Shown: positions 23,125-35,024 of the stretch, one piece after another
Layout of the letters: each line of letters starts with the position of its first letter
Numbering within the stretch: position 1 is the stretch's first letter
Translations under genes and position numbers: made by a program
Assembly: GCF_006345805.1 (NCBI RefSeq)
Contig: NW_021834815.1
Span: forward strand, 1-46,456
Origin: Octopus sinensis
Taxonomy: Eukaryota
Direction of reading: 5' to 3'
Length of the DNA stretch: 46,456 nt
The notes under the pieces: model-generated
Seen by the model: only the letters and a program-made list of their open reading frames with translations
What the model was told of the DNA's origin: nothing
The model's database searches: none

Positions 23125-23625
23125 TTGGTATTTCGTCTGCCGCTACGTTCTGAGTTCAAATTCCGCCGAGGTCAACTTTGCCTTTCATCCTTTCAGGGTC
23201 GATTAAATAAGTACCAGTTACGCACTGAGGTCGATATAATCGACTTAATCCGTTTGTCTGTCCTTGTTTGTCCTCTCTGTGTTTACCCCTTTATGGGTAG
23301 TAAAGAAATAGGTATTTCGTCTGCCGCTACGTTCTGAGTTCAAATTCCTTCGCGGTCGACTTTGCCTTTCATCCTTTCGGAGTCGATGGAATAGCTACCA
23401 GGTGAGTACTGGAGTCGATGTAATCGACTTATCCCCCTCCAACAAAATTGCAGGCCTTTTGCCTATAGTAGAAAGGTTTATTACTATTGTTGTTGTTGTT
23501 AATTTTGCTGTCAACTTAGCATTTCGTCCTTTCGAGATTTATAAAATAAAGTACCAGTTGAGTACTGGGGTTGATATAAAAGACTCTCCTCCTAAAATTT
23601 CTGACCTTGTTCCAAAATTGGAAAC
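23125..23625 (+). mobile_element. SINE family A dimer plus a further 3' fragment
   Basis: Body-module-body (23125-23475), then a partial copy ending in the (TTA)n tract at 23626. Confidence 0.88.
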
Positions 23626-23639
23626 TATTATTATTATTA

Positions 23640-23685
<46 letters not shown>

Positions 23686-23688
<3 letters not shown>

Positions 23689-26300
23689 TAGTTTTATTTT
23701 TATAGCGTGCTTTCACTTCACTACCGAGCGCAGCTCTGTGTGCCTTGGGTATGTGCTGTGATTTGTTGTGATGCTCTGATGGTTATTGTATGGAAAGTGT
23801 TCTGCGTAGGATGTGTGCAGTGCCTAGTAGTGCAATTTTCTGTATGTTATATGTGTTTGTAAGTCCTGGTGTTTTTGTTATGTATTTGTCTGAATATTTT
23901 TTTATCATGCCTAATGCACCTACTATGATAGGAATTGTTTCTGTTTTCAGATTCCACATTCTAGTTACCTCTATTTCCAGGTCTTTGTATTTTGAGAGTT
24001 TCTCCATTTCTTTTAGAGACACGTTGTCATCTGCCGGTATTGATACATCAATTAGAAAGCATTTTTTTTCTTCATGATCTCTGACAACTATATCTGGTCT
24101 GTTGGCCTTAATTTCTCTATCTGTGTGTATCGGCATATCCCAGAGTATGGTTGCTTTCTCGTTTTCTGTGACCTTTTCTGGTGTGTGCCTATACCATCTT
24201 TTTTCTGTTGTTATTCCATAATGTTGGCATAGCTTCCAATGTATGTAGGTTCCAACTCTGTCATGTCTGTGAATATATTCCTTCTTAGCCAGGACTGGGC
24301 AGCCAGAGATAATATGATTTATTGTTTCTTGTCCATCTCCACATATTCTGCAGTTACTTGTAATATTTCTTTTCATTACATGTTTTTGGTAATTTCTGGT
24401 GGGGAGGCTTTGGTCTTGTGCTGCAATTAAAAATCCCTCTGTTTCTGCTTTGAGTCCTGAGCTTCTCAACCATTGCTGGGATTTTTCTTTGTCTATTTCT
24501 TTTGCGTTTAGTTTAGTGCAGTATTTACCATGAAGGGGCTTTTCTTGCCATCGTTTTATCATGGTTCTTTGCTGTTCTATTTTTAGTTTGGATTTCATTT
24601 GCTTTATAGCTTTTGTTGTTTCTTCATCATCTTCTTCTTCTTCGTGTTTATTAGGTGGTATGATTTCTTGTTTGTATTTGTCAGCTTCCTTAAATACTGA
24701 GAACAGTTTTTTGTTTTGCTCGTGTTTTGCTGCTATCTGGATCAGTTTTCCTTCCTTCTGAAGTAGGTATTTTTGCAGTCCTATGGTGGTTATTTTATAG
24801 TAGTTTTCCAGCTGTATAAGGCCTCTACCACCTTCTATACGTTGTATATATAGTCTTTCTATGTCAGATTTTGGGTGATGCATTCTAGATCCTGTCAGTA
24901 TTTTTCTTGTTTTCCTATCTATTTTGGACAGTTCATTTCGTGTCCAGTTAAGGATATTGTAGCTGTAACTTATAACTGGGACAGCTAAAGTGTTGATACC
25001 TATTATCTTGTTTTTAGCATTGAGCTCTGTTTTTAGTATTGATCTAACTCGTCTATAATATTCTTTTTTTATTTTCTCTTTCATTTGTGTGTGTTGTGTC
25101 TTATCTAGTTCATGGATTCCTAAGTATTTGTAAGTTTGGCTTTGGTCTAATTCTTTTATTTCATTGGTTTTATCTAGTGTGATGTTGTTACTCTTAACTA
25201 GTTTTCCTCTCTTCATGGTTACTTTGGCGCATTTTTCTAATCCAAATTTCATATCTATTTCTTTGGTAAATCCATGAACTGTCTTTAATAGTGTTTCCAG
25301 CTGTTTGTCATTTGCAGCGTATAGTTTTAGGTCATCCATATATAAAAGGTGGCTGATCGTTTTGCCGTAACATTTATATCCGCATCCAGTTCTATTTAGC
25401 ATATCAGATAGAGGTGACAGTGCCAAGCAGAAAAGGAGTGGAGAGAGCGTGTCTCCCTGGAATATTCCTCTTCTAATGGGGATGTCTTTGGTTTTTCATG
25501 GTCCCTCTTTTGTTTGGAGGTGTAGGACTGTTTGCCATTTATTCATAGAGTGCTCTATGAATTTATGATTGTTGGTGCTACTTTGTTAATGGCTAGTGTT
25601 TCGAGGATCCATGTGTGGGGCATGCTATCAAACGCCTTTTTGTAGTCAATCCAGGCCATACTGAGGCCTTTCTTCTTTCTGTGGCTGTCTTCAGTTACGG
25701 CTTTATTAATCATTAGTTGATCTTTACAGCCATATGAGCCTTTGCGGCATCCTTTCTGCTCTTCTGGGAACAGTTTGTTTTCGTCCAGGTGCTTGTTCAG
25801 CCTTTGCGATATCACTGCAGTAAATGCCTTGAACATAGTAGGGAGGCAGGTTATTGGTCTGTAGTTTTCTGGTTTTGCTGTTTCATTTGATTTGGGAATT
25901 AAGATGGTTTTCCCCTTCGTGAGCCATTCAGACATTGTCTCTGGCTCTGCTAGTATGCTGTTAAAGTTTTCAGTCAGCTTTTTGTGCATTCCTGTTAGAT
26001 ATTTCAACCAGAAGTTGGGGATCTTGTCATGCCCAGGTGCCTTCCAGTTGCTTAGTTTTTGCAGTGCCTGGGTGACCTCTTCGGTTGTTATGGGGGTCCA
26101 AAGTTGTTCAGATGCCGAGTTTGTTATTTTGATACTCCTTTTTTTTGGCTGTTCGTTCGCCGACCATATTTCTCTCCAGAATTCTTCCAATTCTTCTGCC
26201 GTTGGTGCTGCAGTGACTTCTATTTTATTTTTTCCCAGTTCTTGGTAGAACTTTTTGGGGTTGGTGTTGAACTTTTTGTTCTGTTCAAAGAAGCGTTGGC

Positions 26301-26301
<1 letters not shown>
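23686..26301 (-). mobile_element. R4-clade (Dong-like) RLE non-LTR retrotransposon, 5'-truncated, ~2.6 kb
   Basis: ORFs 25555..26418 and 23783..25426 give KAPGHDKI, ENYRPITCL, EQKGCRK, WIDYKKAFDS, GIFQGDTLSP (in the gap), LYMDDLKLY, a CCHC knuckle (CRICGDGQETINHIISGC) and the RLE (NRPDIVV…IDVSIP…EK). One frameshift near 25560 and one stop near 25499. (TAA)n on both flanks. Confidence 0.96.
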
Positions 26302-26375
<74 letters not shown>

Positions 26376-26922
26376 GTGAGAGAGCAGTGCATGCCATCAA
26401 AGTGAAACTGAGGTACAATTATACGAAGCCCAGTATGCCTATGATGGCTACCCGTCTGATAAGGGTACGCCAGGCACATGCATCGCAACCATATGTGCGC
26501 GACATGGTGATTTCATTTCAAGATTAACAGTGCATGACCTTGCAGGTGGGGTCCTGTTAGAATTTTCTTCAGGTGGAGTAGGATTGGCTAATCGACCTGA
26601 ATAAGGTTCCGAATAAGGATTGTTTAAGGATGTTGAACGAACAACCCAGGTTTCCAAAGGTGAATTATCCAAACCTCCAAGAATTCCTTTCAACACACGG
26701 CTATCATGCACCCCACTACTTCTGCTTGTGGTCAATGAAGCACATATCGTCTGCCACTAAGTGACATGGTCAACTGGTTAAGGTCAAACAACTAACAAGC
26801 AAATCTGTGGTATTGAGCATAATATTTGCTGTAGCCCATCTTTTATACCAAGACAAAACAATGTACATGATAATACTTCCAATCAGTTAAGATCAGAAGC
26901 CACGAGAGCCACTGCCTTGTAC
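26376..26922 (-). mobile_element. Element X, second copy
   Basis: Reverse complement of 3389-3870; it carries ~50 bp missing from copy 1 and its tail runs into (AAT)n at 26302-26375. Confidence 0.8.
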
Positions 26923-26931
26923 TATTATTAC

Positions 26932-27415
26932 GGCGGCGAGCTGGCAGAATCGTCAGCACATCAGGGTCGATGAAATAAGTACCAGTTGCGCACTGGAGTC
27001 GACGTAATCAACTGGCCCCTACCCCAAAATTTCAGGCCGTGTGCACATAGTAGAAAGGATTATTATTATTAAGGTGGCGAGCACGTCGGGCAAAATCCTT
27101 AGCGGCATTTCATCCGTCTTTACGTTCTGCGTTCAAATTCCACCGAGGTCGACTTTGTCTTTCATCTTTTCGGACTCGATAAAATAAGTATTAGTTGAAC
27201 ACTGGGGTCGATGTAACCAACTTACGTCTCCCCCAAAATTTCAGGTTTTGTGTCACTAGTAGAAAAGATTCTTCTTCTTCTTCTTCTTCTTCTTCTTCTT
27301 CTTCTTCTTCTTCTTCTTCTTCTTCTTCTTCTTCTCTTCTTCTCTTCTTCTTCTTCTTCTTCTTTCTTCTTCTTCTCTCTTCTTCTTCTTCTTCTTCTTC
27401 TTCTTTTTTCTTCTT

Positions 27416-27513
<98 letters not shown>

Positions 27514-27870
27514 GGGAGTGAGCTGGCAGAATCGTTAGCACGCTGGGTAAAATGCTTACAGGCATTTCGTCAACCTTTACATTCTGAGTTCGAATTACGC
27601 CGAGGCCTACTTTGCTTTTATCCTTTCGGAGTCGATAAAGTAAGCATTGGGGTCGATCTACGGCGAGCTGGCTGAATCGTTAGCTGCCTAGACAAATTGC
27701 ATAACGGCATTTTATCTGTCTTTACGTTCTGAGTTCAAATTCCCGAGACCGATTTTGCTTCTCATACTCTTGGGGTTGATTAAATAAGTGCCACTTGAGC
27801 ACAAGAATCAATTTAGTCGACTTACCTACTACCCCAAAAATTCAGACCTTGTACCTATAGTATAAAATAC
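26932..27870 (+). mobile_element. Head-to-tail array of four SINE family A copies with (TTA)n/(TTC)n spacers
   Basis: Heads at about 26932, 27072, 27513 and 27661; (TTC)n at 27270-27445 and (TTA)n at 27446-27511. Confidence 0.88.
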
Positions 27871-28456
27871 TATTTTTATTGTTGTTGTTGATGTTGTTTT
27901 GTTCGTAGTACTAACAACAGGTATAAGTTTTCTTTTCTGCTTATTCGTATATCGAGAAATATTTTCTTTGTTAGCGTCAGTTATATAGATTTTGTTCAGT
28001 GTTTCCGTTCAAAAAATTATGAACAAAATTCTGGAAACTTTTGTTTTCAAAAGAGCATAATATATATAAGACAGCAGCGTCTTTGACAGCGAGTCAACTG
28101 GAAAGAGAAGTGGGAGGTGATTTTGAAAGGAGAATGGAGTCTCCCATCCATACCCAGTCAGTGAATGAACGATGATCCTATCCTCAAAGTACAACAACAA
28201 CAGACTAGAAAAAAAATAATAAGTGACATCAAACAGAGAACTTACAATGACGTGAGTGGTTGGACAGAGAATTTGCACAATGTATAAATGGACGAATTAA
28301 GAAATTGTAAATACAAAAATTTACTGTGAAATGAAACAAAAAATTATATAATGAAATAGAATGATAAGCCATGCACAAGTGGCTTAGCATTTTATTTCAT
28401 TATATAATTTTATAACCCGGAACAATGAAAAGGTGTCTCGATGTACGAATAAACAT

Positions 28457-28782
28457 GGGAGTGGCTGTGTAGTAAGTAGCTTGCTTACGAACCTCATGGT
28501 TCTGGATTCAGTCCCACTGCGTGGCACCTTGGGCAAGTGTCTTCTACTATAACCTCGGGTTAACCAAAGCCTTGTGAGCAGATTTGGAAGACGTATTTGA
28601 CTCCCCATCATCGCTTGACAACCGGTGTTGGTGTGTTTATGTCCCCGTATCTTAACGAGACCAATAGAATAAGTACTAGGTTTACAAAGAATAAGTCCTG
28701 GGGTCGATTTGCTCGACTAAAGGCGGTGCTCCAGCATGGCCACAGTCGCATGACTGAAACAAGTAAAAGAGTAAAAGAGTAT
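28457..28782 (+). mobile_element. SINE family B, linker-deleted variant
   Basis: Same AGACG|TATTTG-type junction as 10146-10495. Confidence 0.88.
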
Positions 28783-29004
28783 ATACGAAAACTTATACCT
28801 GTTGTTAGAACTACGAACAAAACATCATCATCAACAACAACAACCACAACAATACTATAGGCACAAGGTCTGAAATTTCGAGGTAGTAGGTAAGACGACT
28901 ACATCGATTCAAGTGCTCAAGTGGCACTGGTTGAAAAGTAAAGCAAAAGAAATATTTATATTAAGACTCAGAATATTAAATATTCAGAAATAGTATGCAT
29001 AATA

Positions 29005-29222
29005 TTGGTTTTAAATTTTTGCACAAGGCCAGTAATTTGGGGAAAGTAGATAAATTAATTACATCGATCCCAGTGTTAAACTGGTTCTTACTTTATCGAC
29101 CCCAAAAGGGATGAAAGGAAAATTCGATCTAGGCGGAATTTGAACTCAGAATGAAAAGAGCCAGAAGAAATGCTGTGAAGCATTTTGCCTCGGTGTGCTA
29201 ACGATTTTGCCAGCTCGCCGCT
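29005..29222 (-). mobile_element. SINE family A
   Basis: Minus-strand head GCGGCGAGCTGGCAAAATCGTTAG, B box GAGTTCAAATTCC and family body. Confidence 0.85.
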
Positions 29223-29763
29223 TTAAATAGCATCCTTAATATTAAAAAAAAACGAACAAAAACAGGAGGACATGCAGTAAATCTTTGAGGATAACGTGAA
29301 ATAGGTTTAACTGAAAGTTCTGACACAAGCAAATAACAAATAAGTAATACATGACAAAAAGAGAAACAAAATTCATGGGGACTTGTGCTTTCGCTTTGTT
29401 CTATGTTTTAAGGATCACATATGTAGTGTCACATATTCTCCCCACTAACAGTTGAAAGACATTTCACTTCAAATTGCAACCAACTCATATCTGGATGGGA
29501 TAAGATAACCTGCTGTGTTCTTAGCGAGGCAGAAACAAGTTACTTTTTTTTCCTCTCACGAGACTCTGTAATCGATTGTGGAAGGCTGGCTCCAATTCAG
29601 TGTATGAAATGGTGCAAGAGTCTTTCTGTCTGAAATAACGCTGGCCAAAGAAAAAATTTTCGCTGCTCTCAGTACTTACATTCGAAGCGTTAGGTGCAAG
29701 CATACATTATTGTTGACAAGATTTCTACAGGCGTGTACAGCTATTTCAATCGACGCCAGTTCA

Positions 29764-29801
<38 letters not shown>

Positions 29802-29809
29802 TTCATCTA

Positions 29810-30030
29810 CTTTCACCACTTCCGCCTTTTAGTATGTGACCTCGCCTGTATCACTAGCGATTTTTTTCCCTCTGTCTTCCCTTCTCGGGATCTTTCCTTC
29901 TCCTATGTTTCCGATGAAGAGCTCCGCTCGAAACGTCAAACCCTTTTTCTTCCCTTCTTTCCTGAGCGTCCAATAATACTTTATTTGTTCCACATCCTTG
30001 CGTTGTTGTCTTTTTGTTTACTTGTTTGGA
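29810..30030 (+). mobile_element. Penelope-like pseudo-LTR remnant with a hammerhead motif at 29907-29941
   Basis: GTTT-CCGATGA-A-GAGC-tcc-GCTC-GAAAC-GTC-AAAC; helices I and II pair perfectly, and only U4 is altered. Confidence 0.7.
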
Positions 30031-30045
30031 TTAACTTATATATAT

Positions 30046-30102
<57 letters not shown>

Positions 30103-30239
30103 GTGTGTGTGTGTGCAAATACATACATAGATACATAGATATATGTGAGCCTCTGTGTGTGTGTGTGTGCGTATGTATGCGCATATATATTAGGTAAGGA
30201 AAAGTTATTTAGTAAATTAAATTTTAAAATTACCCAAAA

Positions 30240-30800
30240 ATTATCTTTAAAAACCCTTAAAGTAGTCGATGTCTTTTATATTTATATAAACCTCAACACA
30301 TAAACATAAACCCATTTCATAAGCACTACGGAAAAAGATCTTACATCAATAGATACTCTAACCATCCACCATCACTCATTAGACAATTAGTTAACAGCAT
30401 AAGCAGGGCGTGTTTCAGAACTATCTTCTGATTTAAATAACTCTCAAAAACACAGCCCCATACTACAACGCTGCATTAGAAAGGTCCTTTTTCAAGAGTA
30501 AAATAACCTATATTGAGACAACCTTTGTTCAAAAAGGCGTAAACGTAAAAAAAATCCTGCGGTTTGATCTTCCACATGGTATGGCATTAGACGAAATCAT
30601 GGGTAGGTGATTCCTAAAACGTATCAACACTCACTTTCCATAAGATAGTTATTGTTGTCGAAGATTTTCATCCAGCGTTAGAAATAGCCTTCAACGATCA
30701 TGAAACAACAGATACCCCAATCACTATCTTTTGAATTAAAAATGTCTCGAAAAAGAACTGACTTACATGGGCAACATTACAGATAATTTGAACATTACGG
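30240..30800 (+). pseudogene. Penelope-like retroelement RT thumb/linker fragment
   Basis: Across frameshifts: LKVVD..IYINLNT, YINRYSNHPPSLIRQLVNSISR, APYYNAAL and MGR*FLKRINTHFP, resembling PLE ORFs. Confidence 0.65.
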
Positions 30801-30977
30801 AAGAAACTTTCTCTCCTTGCTAGCACCCACATCAGTTTAAACTGGAATTTTAAGCAATTTTGAACGATCCACTTACCCAGCGCACATAGCCTGATGTATG
30901 TTCCATTTGTTTGCCCAGCCTTCCCACTCTTTCATGCTCCCCTTTCCATAACCACCCTATAGCATTTATATATATGG

Positions 30978-31410
30978 TAGACGCGGTTGCGGATGTGTGG
31001 TAAGAAGTTGATGTTGTTTTGTTCATGGTTATGTGTTCAGTACCACTGTGTGACACCTTCGGCAAGATCTTCTGCTATAGCTCCAGGCTGACCAATTTTG
31101 TGATTGGATTTGGTAGACGGAAATTGAAAGGAGCCCATCTTCTATATACACGCGCGCGCGCGCGTGTGTGTGTGTGAGTGTGTGTGTGTGTGCATGTGTT
31201 TGTGTATGATCGTGTGTGTCTATCCTCCACCACCGCCTGACAACCAGTGGTGGCTTGTTTGTGACTCGGTAACTTAACGGTCCAACTAAATAGACCGATA
31301 AATTAAGTACTAGGCTTTAAAAAGGTTCTGCCTTTGATTTGTTCGATGAAACCCTTCAAAGCGCGGTGCACCGCCATGACGGCTATCCAATGACTGGAAC
31401 AAGTAAAAGA
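30978..31410 (+). mobile_element. SINE family B, degraded
   Basis: Family blocks with a (CG)n(TG)n linker. Confidence 0.82.
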
Positions 31411-31612
31411 TAAAACATACACACACACATATAAGTGTATATACACACAGCGATACACACACTATATATATATATACATATATATTCTGTAAATAATAAT
31501 AGTAGTATTTTATAAGCTTAAAGCTTATAGCGATCACTGCACAATAACTAAAGAAAATAGTCTAATAATGCGGTATATAAACCCTCGACGGAAAAAAAAA
31601 GTAGGTTTTCCC

Positions 31613-31684
31613 GTATGCGTGAAACTCGAACCCACACCTCTCTGTTTACGTGACCAAGTGTGCTACCGATTACACTAGCGAACC
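31613..31684 (-). pseudogene. tRNA-like sequence (pseudogene or SINE head) with a downstream T9 run
   Basis: D stem GTGT/GCAC and T stem GTGGG/TTCAC around a TTCGAGT loop. The anticodon and acceptor stems do not pair well, so no isotype is assigned. Confidence 0.5.
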
Positions 31685-31957
31685 TACATTTGGTTGTCAG
31701 ATTTCAGAACTATAATTAGTACGTAGCTGATTTTGTAAACAAAATTTCATGTGCTTTTTTACTGCGAATGGTTTTGTTATGCCGTACCGATTTTTAAAAT
31801 TCTGTAAATAATAATAATAATAGTCTCATTCACGCCCAGTAATAAAAGACAATATCAACTACATTGGAATTTTTATCTCAAATCTCAATACTGCAAAAGC
31901 ATTTACTGTTACTCTTTTGCATCCGTCGGATTGCTTGAAAGTATGGTATTTGCGAAA

Positions 31958-32180
31958 GCCTGCACGAGGCGAAGTAGTTTTGGTGTTGAAGTCATGTTCG
32001 TTAGATCGTGGGTTCGATTCTCGAACTGATTGGTGCGTTGTCTCCTTGAGCAAGGCACATAATTTCGTGCTGCTTCTGTTCACTGAGCTGGAAACTAAAA
32101 CCAGTGGTAGCCTGAGGCAGAGGTTAACCCCGCAGTGCACTGATGTCTTGTGTTCTTCGCTGCTTGAATGCTAAGGACCT
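31958..32180 (+). mobile_element. CORE-type tRNA-derived SINE (family C), degraded
   Basis: B box GGGTTCGATTC followed by the CORE-like TGTCTCCTTGAGCAAGGCAC. Confidence 0.65.
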
Positions 32181-32339
32181 TAAAGTAAACACCGACTTCA
32201 TAAGTACGTCGGTTCGAAGCAGACTTTTAACTTAATGATATTACTTTTTGTTATAACATCGAAGCCGAAAGAAGAAAGACAAAATCAACTCTTGCAGGAT
32301 TTGAAGCAAGAACATAGAGAGAGAGAGAGAGGGGGGGAG

Positions 32340-32380
<41 letters not shown>

Positions 32381-32577
32381 AAGGGAGACGAACCTGAAAA
32401 GTTTTAAGTGTGGCATTCTATCATTTCTGCCTACTCATCGCTGTTCATCTTATTTATGATAACGACGATGAGGAAAGAAGAAAAAACACGTAAAACATTA
32501 ATTTACTTGTTATCAAACGTAGTGATGTCCTTTTTTCATTACGAAATAAATTTTTCCATAATCGTACATAAATGTGC

Positions 32578-32628
<51 letters not shown>

Positions 32629-33689
32629 GCTGCATGTGCGTTTTGGTATGTGTGTACTGTCTAATCTTGGAATACTTAGGAAATAAATCTTACTTTATAG
32701 CAACTAATTGATAGATCTGCTATGCTGTTAATATTTCCATAACAAAGCATGCAGGTGTCATGAAAGACAGTCAATTCTTAAAACACAGCAGCTGCCCTAC
32801 CAACGTTAGAGATGCTTCAAAACAGACATGTAGAGTGCTAAGAACATTACTGAAAACATCGATCAAAGACCAATATGTGTTGACAGCGAAAATATATTTT
32901 ACAAATGACTTCGTATCTTTGGATGACAGAAGACATCATATAAGAGACGTAACAGGTATTATCAAATACACCTGCATGATCAAACTAGATTTACTTTTGC
33001 TTTCGATATCAACAGAAAATAGAGGAGCTGGCGAGAGGATTGTATTGTATAAATGTCAGGATTAACATCCCCAGAGAAAATTATTTCTTGAGAAATACTG
33101 CGCAGGTGCAGAAAAAAGCGTAAGATATATAAATCATTTGCCATATCGTTTTCTTTCTTGTTATGTCACTTGCTCTTTTGTTAACTTTTATTTTTGATAT
33201 TTTACTTATTTTTTTTTCTTTTCATATATAGTTTATGTTTCCTCATTCCATTTTACTTGGAAAGATCAACACGGAAGCACAAATCTTTAAACGTCGTTCT
33301 TAGATGCGTAGTCAACTTGTTCAAATACGAAATTAGGATTCCTGAGATTTTAACAAACGAATCTCTCATATCGTTGGAGGATGTAATCCATTTAATAATA
33401 AAAAAAATGACAAATAAATGGTGGTCAGAACTATGTTTCCTCCCCATCCGTTTCTTTGCCATTTTTCATTCTTTCTTTTCCTTTCTCTTTCCGTACACAT
33501 ACACTTACATATACATACATATGCACACGTATATACGTACGCAAGCGTTTGTACACTTGTAAATGGTCATGTAAAAATATATAGGTGTGTGTGTGTGTGT
33601 GTGTGTGAATATATACATATGCGTGCATGTATGCATAAATGTGTGTATATATCTATATCTATATCTATATCTATCTATCTATCTATCTA

Positions 33690-33773
<84 letters not shown>

Positions 33774-34241
33774 TGTGTATTGCTTTGGGTCCTTAGATTA
33801 TGGTCAAGTCGTAGGGGCGTTCTGTGCATCTTTAGATATGGCTGGGTCCATCCCTCTCTAGGTTTGATTAAGATTTCTTTCAGAAAAAAGTGTGGTAGAG
33901 AGAGACTGGGAGAGAGAACATGAGACAGAGAGAGAGAGAGAGAGAGTGAAAGAGAGAACGTGAGAGCGGCAGAGGGAGAGAGAGGAGGAGAGAGAAACGA
34001 ACCTTAATATCTACTGAGTGAGCATGCTACCATCAGTATCACAATGAATTAACGCACATCCCAGTCACATTATCAAATGTATATGGACTAGTTAACTCGA
34101 AACCTTTTCTCGAATATCTCAAATGTATTCGTTCAGTAACAAAACGCTGCAATTAGATCAAAGCCCCACGGCATCTGCAATTATGTCGATTATCAGGTTG
34201 CATACATGAAACGAAACTTTTTGACACTTTAATACATAATA

Positions 34242-34349
34242 TACGAGAGGATGCTGAAAGGTTCCTGGTTTTAAGAGTATCACGAAAGGCCTGGTTGGAG
34301 GTCCACCCTTCCCAGTTCTTTTACAGGATTTAGAAAAACAGAAGGACAG
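34242..34349 (+). mobile_element. mariner-like MITE left-end fragment
   Basis: TA followed by CGAGAGGATGCTGAAAGGTTCCTGG, resembling mariner TIRs of the TACGAGGG…AAAGTT type; truncated. Confidence 0.55.
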
Positions 34350-34784
34350 CTCTGGGCGCCATTGGGGCGACTGTACACAGCTACCGGCCCACAGTCGAAA
34401 AGGGTTTTGGTGCGACTATGAAAGATATCTAACCAGAGGCGGTAAATTCGTCACAATACAAGCAAGGTTCGAGTCAAAGTGGAAATATTTTATTTTTACC
34501 TTTATATCTGGGACGTAGGACGTCCCGGATAAAAATTTAAAATGTCCCTCCAGAAGTAGAGGTAGGCTGGATTGTATCCACACTTCTATACAAGTGGGAG
34601 GACAAGATACAATTGATCGAAATTGCAAGAGACGGGCCTACATTTCCAGTCTGTTATATATTTTGAGTATTGTTATCACTAGCGATATCAAGATATAACT
34701 ATGTAATTTGTATTTTGTGTAGATGTATATATAGATGTACATGTAATATGTATACACACATATATATACACATACATACATGCA

Positions 34785-34955
34785 CTAGCACTATGACCCG
34801 GCAACGACAGGGTCATAATGCTAGTATATCGATATATATGAAACTGAGAATGTGTGTCTGTCTGTGTGAATCCCTAAAACATGAGAACTATACAACCAAT
34901 TTCAATCAAATTTTACACATGCCTTACCTAGGGTCCATGGAGTGTCATGGGCAAA
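34785..34955 (+). mobile_element. Helitron-like (DINE-1/HINE style) terminus: CTAG-ended hairpin followed by a 5' segment
   Basis: CTAGCACTATGACCC…GGGTCATAATGCTAG at 34785-34824, then TC-GATATATATGAAACTGAGAATGTGTGTCTG, which is homologous to 37467-37640. Confidence 0.55.
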
Positions 34956-35024
34956 GCTCTGGGCGCCATTGGGCTCACTGTCCACGGCTACGAGACCACA
35001 GTGAGCGCTATGGCGACCAGAGTC

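Noticed and set aside
26400-26470. GAAAC-TGAG-GTA and CTGATAA within element X, possible type II hammerhead
   Set aside because: Helix I cannot be formed and C3 would face A8; likely coincidence.
32760-33065. 101-aa ORF in unique sequence
   Set aside because: No recognisable motif or splice context; the length is expected by chance.
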